Positions 9,426-19,285 of a stretch of DNA of 44,782 bases are shown piece after piece; within the stretch, counting starts at the first letter, position 1, and the number at the start of each line of letters is the position of its first letter. The position numbers and the translations under genes were made by a program. The DNA comes from Planctomycetota bacterium (GTDB lineage Bacteria; Planctomycetota; Planctomycetia; Pirellulales; UBA7805): NCBI GenBank assembly GCA_036153155.1, contig JAYZMM010000080.1:1-44782 (forward strand). Reading direction: 5' to 3'. A model generated the notes under the pieces. It was not told where the DNA came from. It saw only the letters and a program-made list of their open reading frames with translations, and did not search any database.

Positions 9426-10337
9426 ATGAAAATCTCCCCCGCGGATACCCGCATCGGATGGATTGGCCTCGGCGTGATGGGGCGGAGCATGTGCCAGCAC
9501 CTCTGTGCAGCCGGCTATCGCATGACTGTCTTTACCCGCACGGCAACGAAGGCAAAGGACATATGCAACCAGGGGGCGAATTGGGCTGATAGTCCGGTTG
9601 ATGTGGTCGCTGCCTCAGATGTGGTTTTCACGATGCTTGGATACCCCGAGGATGTACGGTCGGTTTACCTAGGAAAGAATGGTTTAATTGCGTCGGCAAA
9701 ATCGGGCACTATTTTAATTGACATGACTACCAGTGAACCCTCGCTGGCCATGCAGATTGCCCGCGAGGGAGAGCAGCGAGGATTATCTTGTGTCGATGCA
9801 CCTGTCTCGGGTGGCGATGTGGGTGCGCGGGAAGGCACACTCTCCATCATGCTTGGGGGCGAACCAAAGGTATGTGAAGATTTAGATTCGCTCCTGCGAA
9901 TCCTGGGCTCAACCATTGTTCATCAGGGAAGTCCGGGAATGGGCCAGCACACGAAAATGGTCAATCAGACGCTGATCGCCAGTGGAATGGTGGGCGTTTG
10001 CGAAGCATTATTATATGCCTATCGCGCGGGCCTTGATTTGCAAACGGTACTCGAATCGGTTGCCTCCGGTGCGGCAGGTAGCTGGTCACTCACACATCTT
10101 GCACCTCGGATTTTGCAGAGCGATTTTGAACCCGGATTTTTTGTCGAGCACTTTGTGAAAGATATGGGAATTGCTCTCCAGGAAGCACGCCGCATGAAGC
10201 TATCACTTCCCGGACTGGCGTTAGCAGAGCAACTCTACTTGGCGTTGGTCGCACAGGGGCACGGCCGAAGCGGCACTCAAGCCCTACAGTTGGCCCTAGC
10301 GTCCGCTTCGGGAATCGACTGGAAATCGGGTGCGTAG
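9426..10337 (+). CDS. NAD(P)-dependent oxidoreductase, beta-hydroxyacid (3-hydroxyisobutyrate / 2-hydroxy-3-oxopropionate) dehydrogenase family
   Basis: The N-terminal Rossmann motif is [17 protein letters not shown]. The length (303 aa) and the motifs DAPVSGG and GxGQxxKxxNQ are typical of the MmsB/GarR family. Confidence 0.85.
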   Translation: MKISPADTRIGWIGLGVMGRSMCQHLCAAGYRMTVFTRTATKAKDICNQGANWADSPVDVVAASDVVFTMLGYPEDVRSVYLGKNGLIASAKSGTILIDMTTSEPSLAMQIAREGEQRGLSCVDAPVSGGDVGAREGTLSIMLGGEPKVCEDLDSLLRILGSTIVHQGSPGMGQHTKMVNQTLIASGMVGVCEALLYAYRAGLDLQTVLESVASGAAGSWSLTHLAPRILQSDFEPGFFVEHFVKDMGIALQEARRMKLSLPGLALAEQLYLALVAQGHGRSGTQALQLALASASGIDWKSGA

Positions 10338-10426
10338 CGGCCCCGGCGTTGAATCAACCGTAATCGAGCCGCGTAAAATAGCAATCACCGGCTGGAATCG
10401 ATTCCGCAGAGTCCGCCGCTGGCTCC

Positions 10427-10456
10427 TTGATTGTGCGATCTGCGGCATGGTAGGAT
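10427..10456 (+). promoter_or_regulatory. Candidate sigma70-type promoter (TTGATT - 18 nt - TAGGAT) upstream of the basic micro-ORF
   Basis: Hexamers TTGATT (10427-10432) and TAGGAT (10451-10456) are separated by 18 nt. This is a pattern match only, and promoter consensus in this lineage is not known to me. Confidence 0.2.
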
Positions 10457-10513
10457 GATGAAAGTGGAAGTAATTTCTCTGAGTATGATAAATCTGTTCT
10501 GGGGACGAATATT

Positions 10514-10603
10514 TTGGGTACAAAAAAGTCGGGAAAAGGACGACGAAAAATTGGTCGCAAAAAGCGGCGGATGCGAGCAAAAATAAGGCATCGCAAGAAG
10601 TAA
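10514..10603 (+). CDS. 29-codon highly basic micro-protein, candidate ribosomal protein bS22-like (AURKAIP1/COX24-type peptide)
   Basis: I translated this by hand because it is below the ORF-track cutoff. TTG 10514 through TAA 10601-10603 gives (M)GTKKSGKGRRKIGRKKRRMRAKIRHRKK. GGGGA lies 9-13 nt upstream. An in-frame stop at 10451 bounds the ORF, and the alternative starts are CTG 10499 and ATT 10511. The pattern KKRR..M..K..HRK resembles mycobacterial bS22 (MGSVIKKRRKRMSKKKHRK...). Confidence 0.55.
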   Translation: MGTKKSGKGRRKIGRKKRRMRAKIRHRKK

Positions 10604-10671
10604 TTTCGCCTTTTCCACAGTAGGGTCATCAGCGTTCTATCGCCCCTGACCGTCTCGACGATTTCTTCGAT

Positions 10672-10715
10672 CTGTTTTTTGGCAGGGGGTTTGTGTTACG
10701 ACCTGTCAAAAACAG
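10672..10715 (+). other. Imperfect long hairpin (about 14 bp stem with one bulge and one G-U, 15-nt loop) between the micro-ORF and scpB
   Basis: CTGTTTTTTGGCAGG ... CCTGTCAAAAACAG. There is no 3' U-tract, so it is not a canonical intrinsic terminator. Confidence 0.5.
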
Positions 10716-10859
10716 AAACCGCAGTGAATTTCGAGCTATTTTCGCATGGACTTCAGCCTGCGCATCTCATTACATTGAGCGTGCTGCAAAGTGGTGCATC
10801 TGTGGTTCGTAAATCGATGCATCGGAAATCGTTTTTCCGGAAAAATATTGTTGGGCTGC

Positions 10860-11906
10860 ATGGTGCTTTCTCGTACGTTTAACAATCTGGGTGTTCGCCT
10901 CGGTAGCGCCTCCTTACGCTTTACCGGCACACTCACACAGCGAACATGCAAGCAGGGGAACCCTCGGCGACCAATCGCCTTGAATCCGGCCCAGACGACA
11001 GGCGAAGCGACCGCGACGCATCCTGACGATTTATCTCACCTGGAGGCTGTTCTTTTTCTTGCTTCTCAACCGCTTCCGAGTCGAAAGTTAGCGCAGCTTG
11101 TACGTTTAAGCGATGGAACAGCAGCACGCACTCTTATTAAAGAACTCAACGCAAATTACGAACAACGCGATCGAGCTTTCCGGGTTGAAGAGGTCGCCGG
11201 AGGATATCAACTTCGCACACAGAAAATCTTTGCGCCTTGGATTCGAAAAATGGTTTCGGTGCCCCGAGAGATTCGGCTATCAGGGCCGGCTATGGAAACT
11301 CTTGCAGTGGTCGCATATCGTCAGCCTGTCATGCGGACCGAGATCGAAAAAGTTCGCGGAGTGCAGTGCGGAGAGATTCTTCGGCAACTGATGGAACGTG
11401 GGATGGTCCGAATTTCTGGTCGCGCTGATGAACTGGGACGTCCCTTCCTATACGGCACCACTAAGAACTTTTTAGAAGTCTTCGGGCTTCGCAGTCTTGA
11501 CGAACTTCCGCGGGCGTCTATGCTGCGAACAACTGGGGAAACGGCAGATGATGAACTACTGATCGAGGAGGATAAATCGGTGAGCGTGTGTGATGCGACA
11601 GACGTGTCGAAACAAGAAGATGAGGGGCAACCAAGCGAGCAGATTCCGGTAGCGAACATGGAAGAAGAATTCGACGACGAACTCGAAAACGATGATGAAG
11701 AGTACGAGGACGATGACTACGACGACGATGACTACGATGATGAAGAAGATGATGAGGATGAGTCGGACGACGATGACGGATTCAATGATGATGAGTGGGA
11801 AGAAGTTGAAGACGATGAAGAACTAGAAGAAGAGGATGAGGATTGGGAAGAAGACGAAGATACCTGGGATGATGATGACGATGAGGACTGGGACGACGAT
11901 GATTGA
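10860..11906 (+). CDS. scpB: SMC-Scp complex subunit ScpB (segregation and condensation protein B) with an ~80-aa polyacidic C-terminal tail
   Basis: The core LEAVLFLASQPL...GGYQLRT...METLAVVAYRQPVMRTEIEKVRGV...GRPFLYGTTKNFLEVFGL is a textbook ScpB tandem winged-helix. The start is uncertain: the ORF opens at GTG 10791 and the first ATG is 10860. The tail at 11658-11903 is almost pure D/E with interspersed W/Y/F. Confidence 0.88.
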   Translation: MVLSRTFNNLGVRLGSASLRFTGTLTQRTCKQGNPRRPIALNPAQTTGEATATHPDDLSHLEAVLFLASQPLPSRKLAQLVRLSDGTAARTLIKELNANYEQRDRAFRVEEVAGGYQLRTQKIFAPWIRKMVSVPREIRLSGPAMETLAVVAYRQPVMRTEIEKVRGVQCGEILRQLMERGMVRISGRADELGRPFLYGTTKNFLEVFGLRSLDELPRASMLRTTGETADDELLIEEDKSVSVCDATDVSKQEDEGQPSEQIPVANMEEEFDDELENDDEEYEDDDYDDDDYDDEEDDEDESDDDDGFNDDEWEEVEDDEELEEEDEDWEEDEDTWDDDDDEDWDDDD

Positions 11907-11943
11907 CCGACAAATGAAATCCGTCAGGTAGGGAGTGCTTGCG

Positions 11944-12960
11944 ATGCTCGTGGTTATGCAACATCAGGCAACCGATGAAGAGGTTGCGCAAGTCGTTGCC
12001 ACTGTTGAAAAAATGGGGCTTACCGCGCATCCGATGCCGGGTCCAACGCGTACAGCAATCGGTATTACGGGTAATTCCTCATCGGTCGACCCACGCAGCC
12101 TGGAGGTTCTACCGGGCGTGCGAGAGCTTATTCGTGTGACGCGGCCTTACAAATTGGCTAGCCGGGAAATGCATCCTGAGGACACGATTGTGGAGGTCGG
12201 AACCGCGCGTTTCGGCGATCCCTCCTTTACGGTAATTGCCGGTCCTTGCAGTGTGGAAAGCGAAGCGAACGTGCTGCAGGTGGCTGAATATCTCATGAGC
12301 CGAGGCGTGACCTTGCTGCGTGCAGGAGCATTCAAGCCAAGAACGAGCCCCTATAGTTTTCAAGGCATGGAGCAAGAAGGCTTAGCGATTCTGGAACGGG
12401 CCCGAGAAAAAACGGGCATCCGCATCGTGACCGAAGTCATGGATACCGAGCAGGTAGAAGCCGTTGCAGCATCGGCAGACATCATTCAAATCGGCACACG
12501 AAACATGCAAAATTTCTCCCTGCTCAAAAAGGTTGCAAGCTGCAAACGACCAGTACTACTGAAGCGAGGCATGTCAGCCACGCTAGATGAATGGCTGATG
12601 GCGGCCGAATATTTACTTGCTGGCGGGAATAAGAATGTCATCCTATGCGAGCGCGGAGTAAGAACATTTACAGACCACACACGCAATACGTTGGACTTGT
12701 CCGTTGTGCCTCCCGCAAAGGAAAATTCGCATCTGCCGATCTTGGTTGATCCGAGTCATGGAACGGGACATCGGAATTACGTGCCGGCCATGGCGCTTGC
12801 CGGACTGGCCGCCGGGGCCGATGGATTAATGGTTGAGGTCCACCCCGATCCCTCGACCGCGATGAGTGATGGGGCGCAAACGCTCGACTTTGAGGAGTTC
12901 GATCGCTTACTGGAATCGTTGCGGGCTCTGGCGGAACCGCTGGAACGAAACATCGGTTAG
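11944..12960 (+). CDS. aroF: 3-deoxy-7-phosphoheptulonate (DAHP) synthase, type I-beta with N-terminal ferredoxin-like regulatory domain
   Basis: The protein has an N-terminal ~70-aa ACT/FL-like domain followed by IAGPCSVES...LRAGAFKPRTSPYSFQG...KRG...DPSH. ATG 11944 sits 8-10 nt after GGGAG. GTG 11935 overlaps that SD-like element. Confidence 0.88.
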   Translation: MLVVMQHQATDEEVAQVVATVEKMGLTAHPMPGPTRTAIGITGNSSSVDPRSLEVLPGVRELIRVTRPYKLASREMHPEDTIVEVGTARFGDPSFTVIAGPCSVESEANVLQVAEYLMSRGVTLLRAGAFKPRTSPYSFQGMEQEGLAILERAREKTGIRIVTEVMDTEQVEAVAASADIIQIGTRNMQNFSLLKKVASCKRPVLLKRGMSATLDEWLMAAEYLLAGGNKNVILCERGVRTFTDHTRNTLDLSVVPPAKENSHLPILVDPSHGTGHRNYVPAMALAGLAAGADGLMVEVHPDPSTAMSDGAQTLDFEEFDRLLESLRALAEPLERNIG

Positions 12961-13003
12961 CGCAACATCGAATGCTGATGGCATTCGGAGAAAGGACCGC
13001 GCG

Positions 13004-14725
13004 ATGTCTATTTCTGCATCGGTTGGCGCTAAGTTGGAACAGCACCTCTCGCTCTTGTATGGCGATGCGGCCGCTGAGATTGTTGTAAAAATCGAACAGT
13101 TGATTGCCACCTATCAACCGATACTCGCTAAACATCAGGCAGCAGGGAAGGATAAAGCACTTTGGGATGAATCGACCATCGTGTTGATCACCTATGGAGA
13201 TCAAATCCGTGATGAGGGGGTTCCTTCGCTACGCAGTTTGCGAAATTTTCTAGTGGAACATCAACTTGATCGTTCCATCAACACAGTTCACTTGCTTCCC
13301 ATTTTCCCCTACTCCTCGGACGATGGTTTCTCAGTCATCGATTACCGTGCAATCCGTTCACCACTGGGAGACTGGCAGGATGTAAAGCACTTGGGTCAAA
13401 AGTTTGATCTGGCTCTCGACTTCGTACTCAATCATTGTTCGCGAGAGAGCAGTTGGTTCGCCGGCTACCTCAACGGTGAGCAGCCATTTGCCGATTTTTT
13501 TATTGAGGTGGATCCGGATATCGACCTCTCGGACGTGACCCGACCGCGAACTTCACCGCTTTTGACTTCCGTCCAAACGAATCGGGGCGAGCGACATGTC
13601 TGGAGTACCTTCAGTAGCGATCAGATGGATCTCAATTTTGCCTCTCCATCCCTGCTGATAGAGATGCTAGACATCCTTCTCCTTTATGTTGAAAACGGTG
13701 CAAAAATTATTCGACTTGATGCTATTGGTTTTCTCTGGAAAGAGATTGGTACAACCTGCATGCATCTCCCGCAAACCCATGAAGTCGTCAAGTTGATGCG
13801 GACGATCCTTGATGCCATCGCGCCAGAAACTATCCTCCTCACCGAAACCAATGTGCCACATCAAGAAAACATTAGTTACTTCGGTCGGGGCGATGAGGCT
13901 AGAGCCGTTTATCAGTTCAGTCTAGCGCCACTGCTCCTTGATGCCTATTTAAGAAAGGATGCATCGCTTTTACAGCGGTGGCTCGAGGATCTTGAATATC
14001 CGGAAACGGGAATGACATTCTTCAACTTTACGGCGTCTCACGATGGAATCGGAGTGCGACCCCTTGAAGGTATTGTGCCGCCCGAACGGATCGACGCCTT
14101 GGCAAACCGTGTGCTCGAGTTAGGAGGCAAGGTAAATTGGCGAGAAAAACCAGACGGCAGCCAAAGTCCCTACGAATTAAACATCACCTATTTCTCGGCC
14201 CTTGCCGAAACGGACGATGATTCCGAGGAGTTGCATGTGCGCAAGTTCCTGGCATCCCAGGCCATTATGCTCTCGCTCCGCGGTATTCCCGGGGTCTATT
14301 TCCATAGTCTCATCGGCTCGGAAAATGATCTCGACGGAGTGCTTGAGACAGGTGAAAACCGTTCCATCAACCGACAAAAATTTTCTTCGTCTCAACTGCG
14401 AGAACAGCTTGCTGGGAACAATTCCAAACAGCGTCTTATCTTCGAGGGCTATCAAAAATTACTCTCTTTGCGCTGTCGTCAAAAGGCGTTTCATCCGGAA
14501 GCGGCACAGACGATGCTTTCTATCTCAGATTCACGATTGATTGCATTTGAGCGGGCAAGTTGTGATGGCGAGCAGAAAGTGACCGTACTCGCAAACTTCA
14601 GCAATCAGCAGATTGTTCTTCCACTCCCATCTGCCCCCAGTGAGCGGATTGACCTATTAACCGGTGACAGAATTCACGGATCAACTTGCACACTCAATGC
14701 CTATCAGGTCGTCTGGTTAGTGTAA
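13004..14725 (+). CDS. GH13 subfamily-18 glycoside phosphorylase (sucrose phosphorylase family; glucosylglycerate phosphorylase-like)
   Basis: Motifs are LITYGDQI, HLLPIFPYSSDDGFSVIDY, DFVLNHCS, IRLDAIGFLWKE (nucleophile Asp), LTETNVPH (acid/base Glu) and ASHDGIGV. ATG 13004 follows GGAGAAAGGA. The upstream part of ORF 12866.. overlaps aroF and has no homology-like sequence. Confidence 0.85.
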   Translation: MSISASVGAKLEQHLSLLYGDAAAEIVVKIEQLIATYQPILAKHQAAGKDKALWDESTIVLITYGDQIRDEGVPSLRSLRNFLVEHQLDRSINTVHLLPIFPYSSDDGFSVIDYRAIRSPLGDWQDVKHLGQKFDLALDFVLNHCSRESSWFAGYLNGEQPFADFFIEVDPDIDLSDVTRPRTSPLLTSVQTNRGERHVWSTFSSDQMDLNFASPSLLIEMLDILLLYVENGAKIIRLDAIGFLWKEIGTTCMHLPQTHEVVKLMRTILDAIAPETILLTETNVPHQENISYFGRGDEARAVYQFSLAPLLLDAYLRKDASLLQRWLEDLEYPETGMTFFNFTASHDGIGVRPLEGIVPPERIDALANRVLELGGKVNWREKPDGSQSPYELNITYFSALAETDDDSEELHVRKFLASQAIMLSLRGIPGVYFHSLIGSENDLDGVLETGENRSINRQKFSSSQLREQLAGNNSKQRLIFEGYQKLLSLRCRQKAFHPEAAQTMLSISDSRLIAFERASCDGEQKVTVLANFSNQQIVLPLPSAPSERIDLLTGDRIHGSTCTLNAYQVVWLV

Positions 14726-14737
14726 GGGAGCAATGCC

Positions 14738-16108
14738 TTGAATTTTGAAACGGCCGCTGCGTCCGACGCAAATACGATTTGGCATGCAGGAATCGAAGCG
14801 GTGCGTGCGGATCGTCTCGTTACAAAAGCACTCCACCGTGAGGGCAACCATCTCTCGCTGGGTGACTACTCGATCGACTTAACGCAATGCAGACAGATTG
14901 CGGTTGTGGGTGGAGGGAAAGGCGCGGCACATATGGCGACGGCCGTCGAGAAGGTCTTAGGGTCAAAGCTTGTCGAGGAAAAGGTTTCAGGGTGGATAAA
15001 CGTTCCTGCAGATTGTCTTACCGATACGCAAAAGCTTCATCTCCACGCGGCACGGCCGGCGGGAGTTAATGAGCCGACCGTCGAGGGGGTGTTCGGAAGC
15101 GAGAAAATGCTTTCTCTGGTGAGTGAACTGGAAGCAACCGACCTTTGCCTGACCCTACTCACCGGCGGTGGAAGCGCCCTTATGCCGGCCCCACGACCAC
15201 CGATCACACTTGCCGAATTGCTTGCCGTAACGCGGCTGCTGATGCAAAGTGGAGTAACAATCAGCGAGCTCAACACGGTACGCACCGCGCTTTCAGCGAT
15301 TAAAGGCGGGGGACTGGCCCATGCGTGCAGCGCGGACAACTTATGGAGCCTGATCGTATCGGATGTCGTGGGTGATCCGCTTCCGATCATCGCATCGGGC
15401 CCTACGGTCGTACCCGAAAATGCAAATTCCCTCAAAAATTCGGCGCGTGAAGCGTTGCACGTTCTCGAGCGGGTCGGCACCGATCTTGTACCGACAGCGG
15501 TGATTGAGTTTCTCAAACAGCAAACCACGATCGTCGAGAATCTCGCACGCCCGCCCAAATCGATTGTCCACCAGATTATCGGTAACAATGCTGTCGCGAT
15601 TGCTGCCGCTGCTGAAAAAGCAAGGCAATTGAATTACCAAGTCATCGCGCTAGGCAGCGACCATCAGGGAGAAGCCTCTGTGGAGGGGCGCCGGTTTGTG
15701 GAGCGATGCCGCCAAATTCGGCAAACGAAGACGGGAACCGGCGATCGATATTGCGTCCTAAGCGGCGGTGAACCGGTCGTCGACCTCGGACCCAATCCGG
15801 GCAAGGGGGGACGCAACCAACAATTTGTGCTGGCGGCCATTGTAGAAATGGCGGCAAACGGAAGTGATGGCATGACCATTCTCTCCGGGGGCACCGATGG
15901 CGAAGATGGGCCGACCGACGCTGCAGGTGCCGTTGCCGACGCAGCACTGTTGGTAAGATCGCAACTTAACAATTTGGATCCCGAGCAATTCCTGCAGCGG
16001 TATGACGCCTATTCTTTTTTTGATGCCTGCGATGGCCTACTCCGGACCGGGCCGACGCATACCAACGTGATGGATCTTCGAGTGGGGATCGTCGAGATGC
16101 ACGACTAG
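14738..16108 (+). CDS. Glycerate 2-kinase (DUF4147/MOFRL family, TtuD/GckA-like)
   Basis: TTG 14738 lies 8 nt after AAGGGAG. The motifs VGGGKGAAHMA, LLTGGGSALMP, SGGEPVV and GGTDGEDGPTDAAGA are typical of the MOFRL-type glycerate kinase. The gene starts 12 nt after the phosphorylase stop. Confidence 0.82.
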   Translation: MNFETAAASDANTIWHAGIEAVRADRLVTKALHREGNHLSLGDYSIDLTQCRQIAVVGGGKGAAHMATAVEKVLGSKLVEEKVSGWINVPADCLTDTQKLHLHAARPAGVNEPTVEGVFGSEKMLSLVSELEATDLCLTLLTGGGSALMPAPRPPITLAELLAVTRLLMQSGVTISELNTVRTALSAIKGGGLAHACSADNLWSLIVSDVVGDPLPIIASGPTVVPENANSLKNSAREALHVLERVGTDLVPTAVIEFLKQQTTIVENLARPPKSIVHQIIGNNAVAIAAAAEKARQLNYQVIALGSDHQGEASVEGRRFVERCRQIRQTKTGTGDRYCVLSGGEPVVDLGPNPGKGGRNQQFVLAAIVEMAANGSDGMTILSGGTDGEDGPTDAAGAVADAALLVRSQLNNLDPEQFLQRYDAYSFFDACDGLLRTGPTHTNVMDLRVGIVEMHD

Positions 16109-16128
16109 CAATTCAGGCTATCTTGGGC

Positions 16129-17592
16129 TCAAAGTAGTGGCCCCAGAAGCCTCGCCGCATTCTCTGTAAAACGGATCAACTTTGAGCGCGACTCCCAACT
16201 TTTTCGGTGCAACGGATGCGCGTGCTGCAAATAGCCATGCTGAAGCGTTCGTAGTTTCTCGGTAAATACCGGATCATAGACGGCAAGTGTGATCTCAAAG
16301 TTTAAGTGCAAGCTTCTGGGGTCGAGATTTAGCGAACCGAATAGGCTGACATTGCGATCAATCGAAATCGACTTGGTGTGCAGCAGGCCGCCTTCAAACT
16401 CCATGACTCGGATTCCCGCATCCGAGAGATCTCCTTTAAATGCTTGGCTTGCAAAACGGACCAATACACTGTCGACCCTTGATGGAACAATGAGCGTCAC
16501 CTCAACACCTCGTCGGGCGGCCGAGATCAACGCGGTCAACAGTAATTCATCCGGAACAAAATAAGGAGTTGTCAGGATCAACTCCCGACGTGCCGCATAG
16601 ATGGCCATCAATAAAATATCCTGAATCGCATCGCTTCGGATCGCGGGCCCGGAGGGTATGACCTGGGTAATCCAATCCCCCGCTGGCGGAACGTGGTGCA
16701 CATCCCCCTGTTCCTGAAGCACCTCCACTCCCTCAGCAGCGTCCAACTCCCAGTCCTCCAGAAACGTGATTGCCAGACCCTCTACGACAGGGCCGCGGAC
16801 ACGAACCATCGCATCAATCCACTGCCCAACACCAGCATCTTGTTTGAAATATCGCGGATCGATCATATTTAAACTTCCGGTGTAGGCGATCTTCCCGTCA
16901 ATCACCACGATTTTGCGGTGCATTCTCAGATCAAATCGCACGAATAACATCCGCACGATGCCCGCTGGCAACGCGGCCTGTAACATGACACCCGCCTCGC
17001 GGAGTCGCTTCACCTGATCGCTTTTCAGAAATTTTTTACTCCCCACTGCATCCACTAGAACGCGGGAGATCACACCCCGCGCTTTTGCGCGCAGAAGAGC
17101 CTCCACCACCTCATCGGCCCGGCCACCGTTACTCCAAATATAAAAGCACAGATGAACGGTTCGCTCCGCCGCATCGATATCTGCGATCAGGGAATCAAAA
17201 ACGGCATTCCAATTATCAATTAGCTGGAGATCATTATCAGGAACCGCGGGAATCTGGACGGCAGTTTCGGCGAGTCGCGATAAGGGTTCGCTGATAGCAG
17301 CCTGGTCGTTCCAATCCACTTTGTAGTGATCATGCTGATCTTTGATCCAGTCAACAAACGGCCCGTGGATTCGTGTCGCCCATTCGGCCCGACGATTTCC
17401 TAGTCGAAGCTCCCCGAAAAGCAGATAGAGAATGGCACCGAGAAAGGGAAATACCAAGACGACCGAGAGCCAAGCCATCGTGACGCCTACCGGACGACGA
17501 CGCATGATGACGCGAATGGAAAGTCCGCCACGAATCACCAAGTCGATGACCAGAACCAGTGCCGTAATCCAAGAGTAATGCTGGTCGGTCAT
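16129..17592 (-). CDS. cls: Cardiolipin synthase (phospholipase D superfamily, two HKD motifs)
   Basis: HKD motifs are HRKIVVIDGKIAYTGSLN and HTKSISIDRNVSLFGSLN, and there are two N-terminal TM helices. ATG 17592 (MTDQHYSW...) is preceded by AGGAAA and avoids overlap with the upstream gene, whose stop is at 17621. Confidence 0.9.
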   Translation of the reverse strand: MTDQHYSWITALVLVIDLVIRGGLSIRVIMRRRPVGVTMAWLSVVLVFPFLGAILYLLFGELRLGNRRAEWATRIHGPFVDWIKDQHDHYKVDWNDQAAISEPLSRLAETAVQIPAVPDNDLQLIDNWNAVFDSLIADIDAAERTVHLCFYIWSNGGRADEVVEALLRAKARGVISRVLVDAVGSKKFLKSDQVKRLREAGVMLQAALPAGIVRMLFVRFDLRMHRKIVVIDGKIAYTGSLNMIDPRYFKQDAGVGQWIDAMVRVRGPVVEGLAITFLEDWELDAAEGVEVLQEQGDVHHVPPAGDWITQVIPSGPAIRSDAIQDILLMAIYAARRELILTTPYFVPDELLLTALISAARRGVEVTLIVPSRVDSVLVRFASQAFKGDLSDAGIRVMEFEGGLLHTKSISIDRNVSLFGSLNLDPRSLHLNFEITLAVYDPVFTEKLRTLQHGYLQHAHPLHRKSWESRSKLIRFTENAARLLGPLL

Positions 17593-17620
17593 GCGTCGAT
17601 TTTCCTGCTCACCAACAAAC

Positions 17621-19285
17621 CTACCAGGGCTTGCCACTTTTGCGTGTACCGCAAAGTGCCACCTCAAGTCCCAGGCCGGCGGCCATTGATGCCTTTGCAA
17701 ACATCGCCTTATCGGCATCGGCAGCGGTGCGAGCGTAGGCCACTTGAATATGATTGCTTTTATGCCTGGCCATCATCTGGTCACGCGTCACTCCATAGGT
17801 GACCGCGTGCATAATCGGCCATTGTGATGTCGTGGCGTTCCACCGTCGCTCTGTCTCTTCCAGTGGCAATTTCACAACTTTCGCTCGTCCCAAGTCCATC
17901 TTGAGACGATCATTCTCCACGAAGACACGCGACCAGACGATCTCGCCCGGCTTGGAAATTCCTTTGATCGTGCCCCCACCACTCGGGAAAAACATCGCCG
18001 GCTGTCTTTCACTCGTGGCGCCCTTCCATCCCCCCGTGAAGTGGGCAGGAGGTACACTGCCACTGATTTCAAACACCCAAACATAATCATCCACCGTACC
18101 ACTCTGATCCCAATCGCCCCATCGCAGGTCGTGCAACGTATTTTCGACTGGCTGACCGAGTGCCGTATGGACGCGATAGGTCATCAGAGCGTCGAGCCCG
18201 GCGCATTCATCAACCTCATTGAAATGGGGCAACGGTTCCCCGGCATAGAGTACCCGCTTGCCATCGCGACTTTTTACGGGAGGTCGGTCCCGATTATTGA
18301 GAGTACCCTCGACCAGGTCACTTGCCGGCATTAAGTCCTTCAGTCCTTGCTGATACTGAATACCGATGGTGTGGCAGCCGAAATCGTCAGCAATCCGTAC
18401 TGCAGCAATATACATCCGACATTGATCAAGAATCTGCTGGTCGGTTAGATGATCTTTGTGTCGCGGTCCGGTAAGAAATCGTATGCCCTTACGATCCATC
18501 CAGCGACGTACGGCCAGGGCCTCGCTTTGCCGTACCTGGGTCGACTCATAATAGAGGGCCGATTGACTCAAACGCTCTTTGTATACTCCGGTTCTATTGA
18601 GCAGATGGTCAGGAATGATTGCGTTGAACATTCCCATGCAACCTTCATCAAAAACTCCCATGATCGCTTTATTGCGAAGAAGATCTGCTGCCAGTTTTTC
18701 ACCAACTTTCTTGGGACTGGAAGGTACTTTGACTCGACTTAAGGACCGGACATGCGTCGTGCGATGGCGTAACGAACCCTGCTCGAGCCACTTCTGCAGC
18801 ATCGCACAAAATCGTTTTTCCGAAAAATCCTCAGCCCACAGAGTAGAGTATGCAACTCCGGCCTTGGTCAGGGATCCATTGAGATTAAGCATTCCGACCA
18901 GACCCGGCCATGTGCCCGACCAATTTGCGACCGTCAAAACCGGCCCGCGATGCGATATGAGTCCGTGTAGCAGATGGTGAGAATATTGCCATACCGCTTC
19001 TGCCACAACCAGTTTGACATCGGGATCAATTTTTGAAAAAACTTCCATCCCTTCCTTCTGTGACTCGATAAATCCATGCTTTTCTTTTTTCTTATAGGGA
19101 TGCGCTCGAACCAATTCATAGCCCGCGGCTCCAACACTTTCAGCCAGTGCATGTTCCATCGCTTCTTGCGCGGCCCAGCAATTCTGATTGGCTGAGAGTC
19201 GTAAATCACCGTTAGCAACTAACCAGACCCGTTTCCGTTTGGCTGCAATCGGAATCCGTTTCGTTGGATCACTGTAAGGAATCAT
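17621..19285 (-). CDS. Sugar isomerase of the L-fucose isomerase-like superfamily (specificity unknown)
   Basis: The C-terminal third aligns by eye with E. coli FucI: GGG(T/Y)...SRV...LP...[10 protein letters not shown]...ARHKSNH...GLGLEV versus GGGYSS...TRV...LP...RTNSTWPTTW...ANHGV...MLRIPV. ATG 19285 lies 8 nt after GGAGAA, and the ORF opens at TTG 19303. Confidence 0.55.
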   Translation of the reverse strand: MIPYSDPTKRIPIAAKRKRVWLVANGDLRLSANQNCWAAQEAMEHALAESVGAAGYELVRAHPYKKKEKHGFIESQKEGMEVFSKIDPDVKLVVAEAVWQYSHHLLHGLISHRGPVLTVANWSGTWPGLVGMLNLNGSLTKAGVAYSTLWAEDFSEKRFCAMLQKWLEQGSLRHRTTHVRSLSRVKVPSSPKKVGEKLAADLLRNKAIMGVFDEGCMGMFNAIIPDHLLNRTGVYKERLSQSALYYESTQVRQSEALAVRRWMDRKGIRFLTGPRHKDHLTDQQILDQCRMYIAAVRIADDFGCHTIGIQYQQGLKDLMPASDLVEGTLNNRDRPPVKSRDGKRVLYAGEPLPHFNEVDECAGLDALMTYRVHTALGQPVENTLHDLRWGDWDQSGTVDDYVWVFEISGSVPPAHFTGGWKGATSERQPAMFFPSGGGTIKGISKPGEIVWSRVFVENDRLKMDLGRAKVVKLPLEETERRWNATTSQWPIMHAVTYGVTRDQMMARHKSNHIQVAYARTAADADKAMFAKASMAAGLGLEVALCGTRKSGKPW

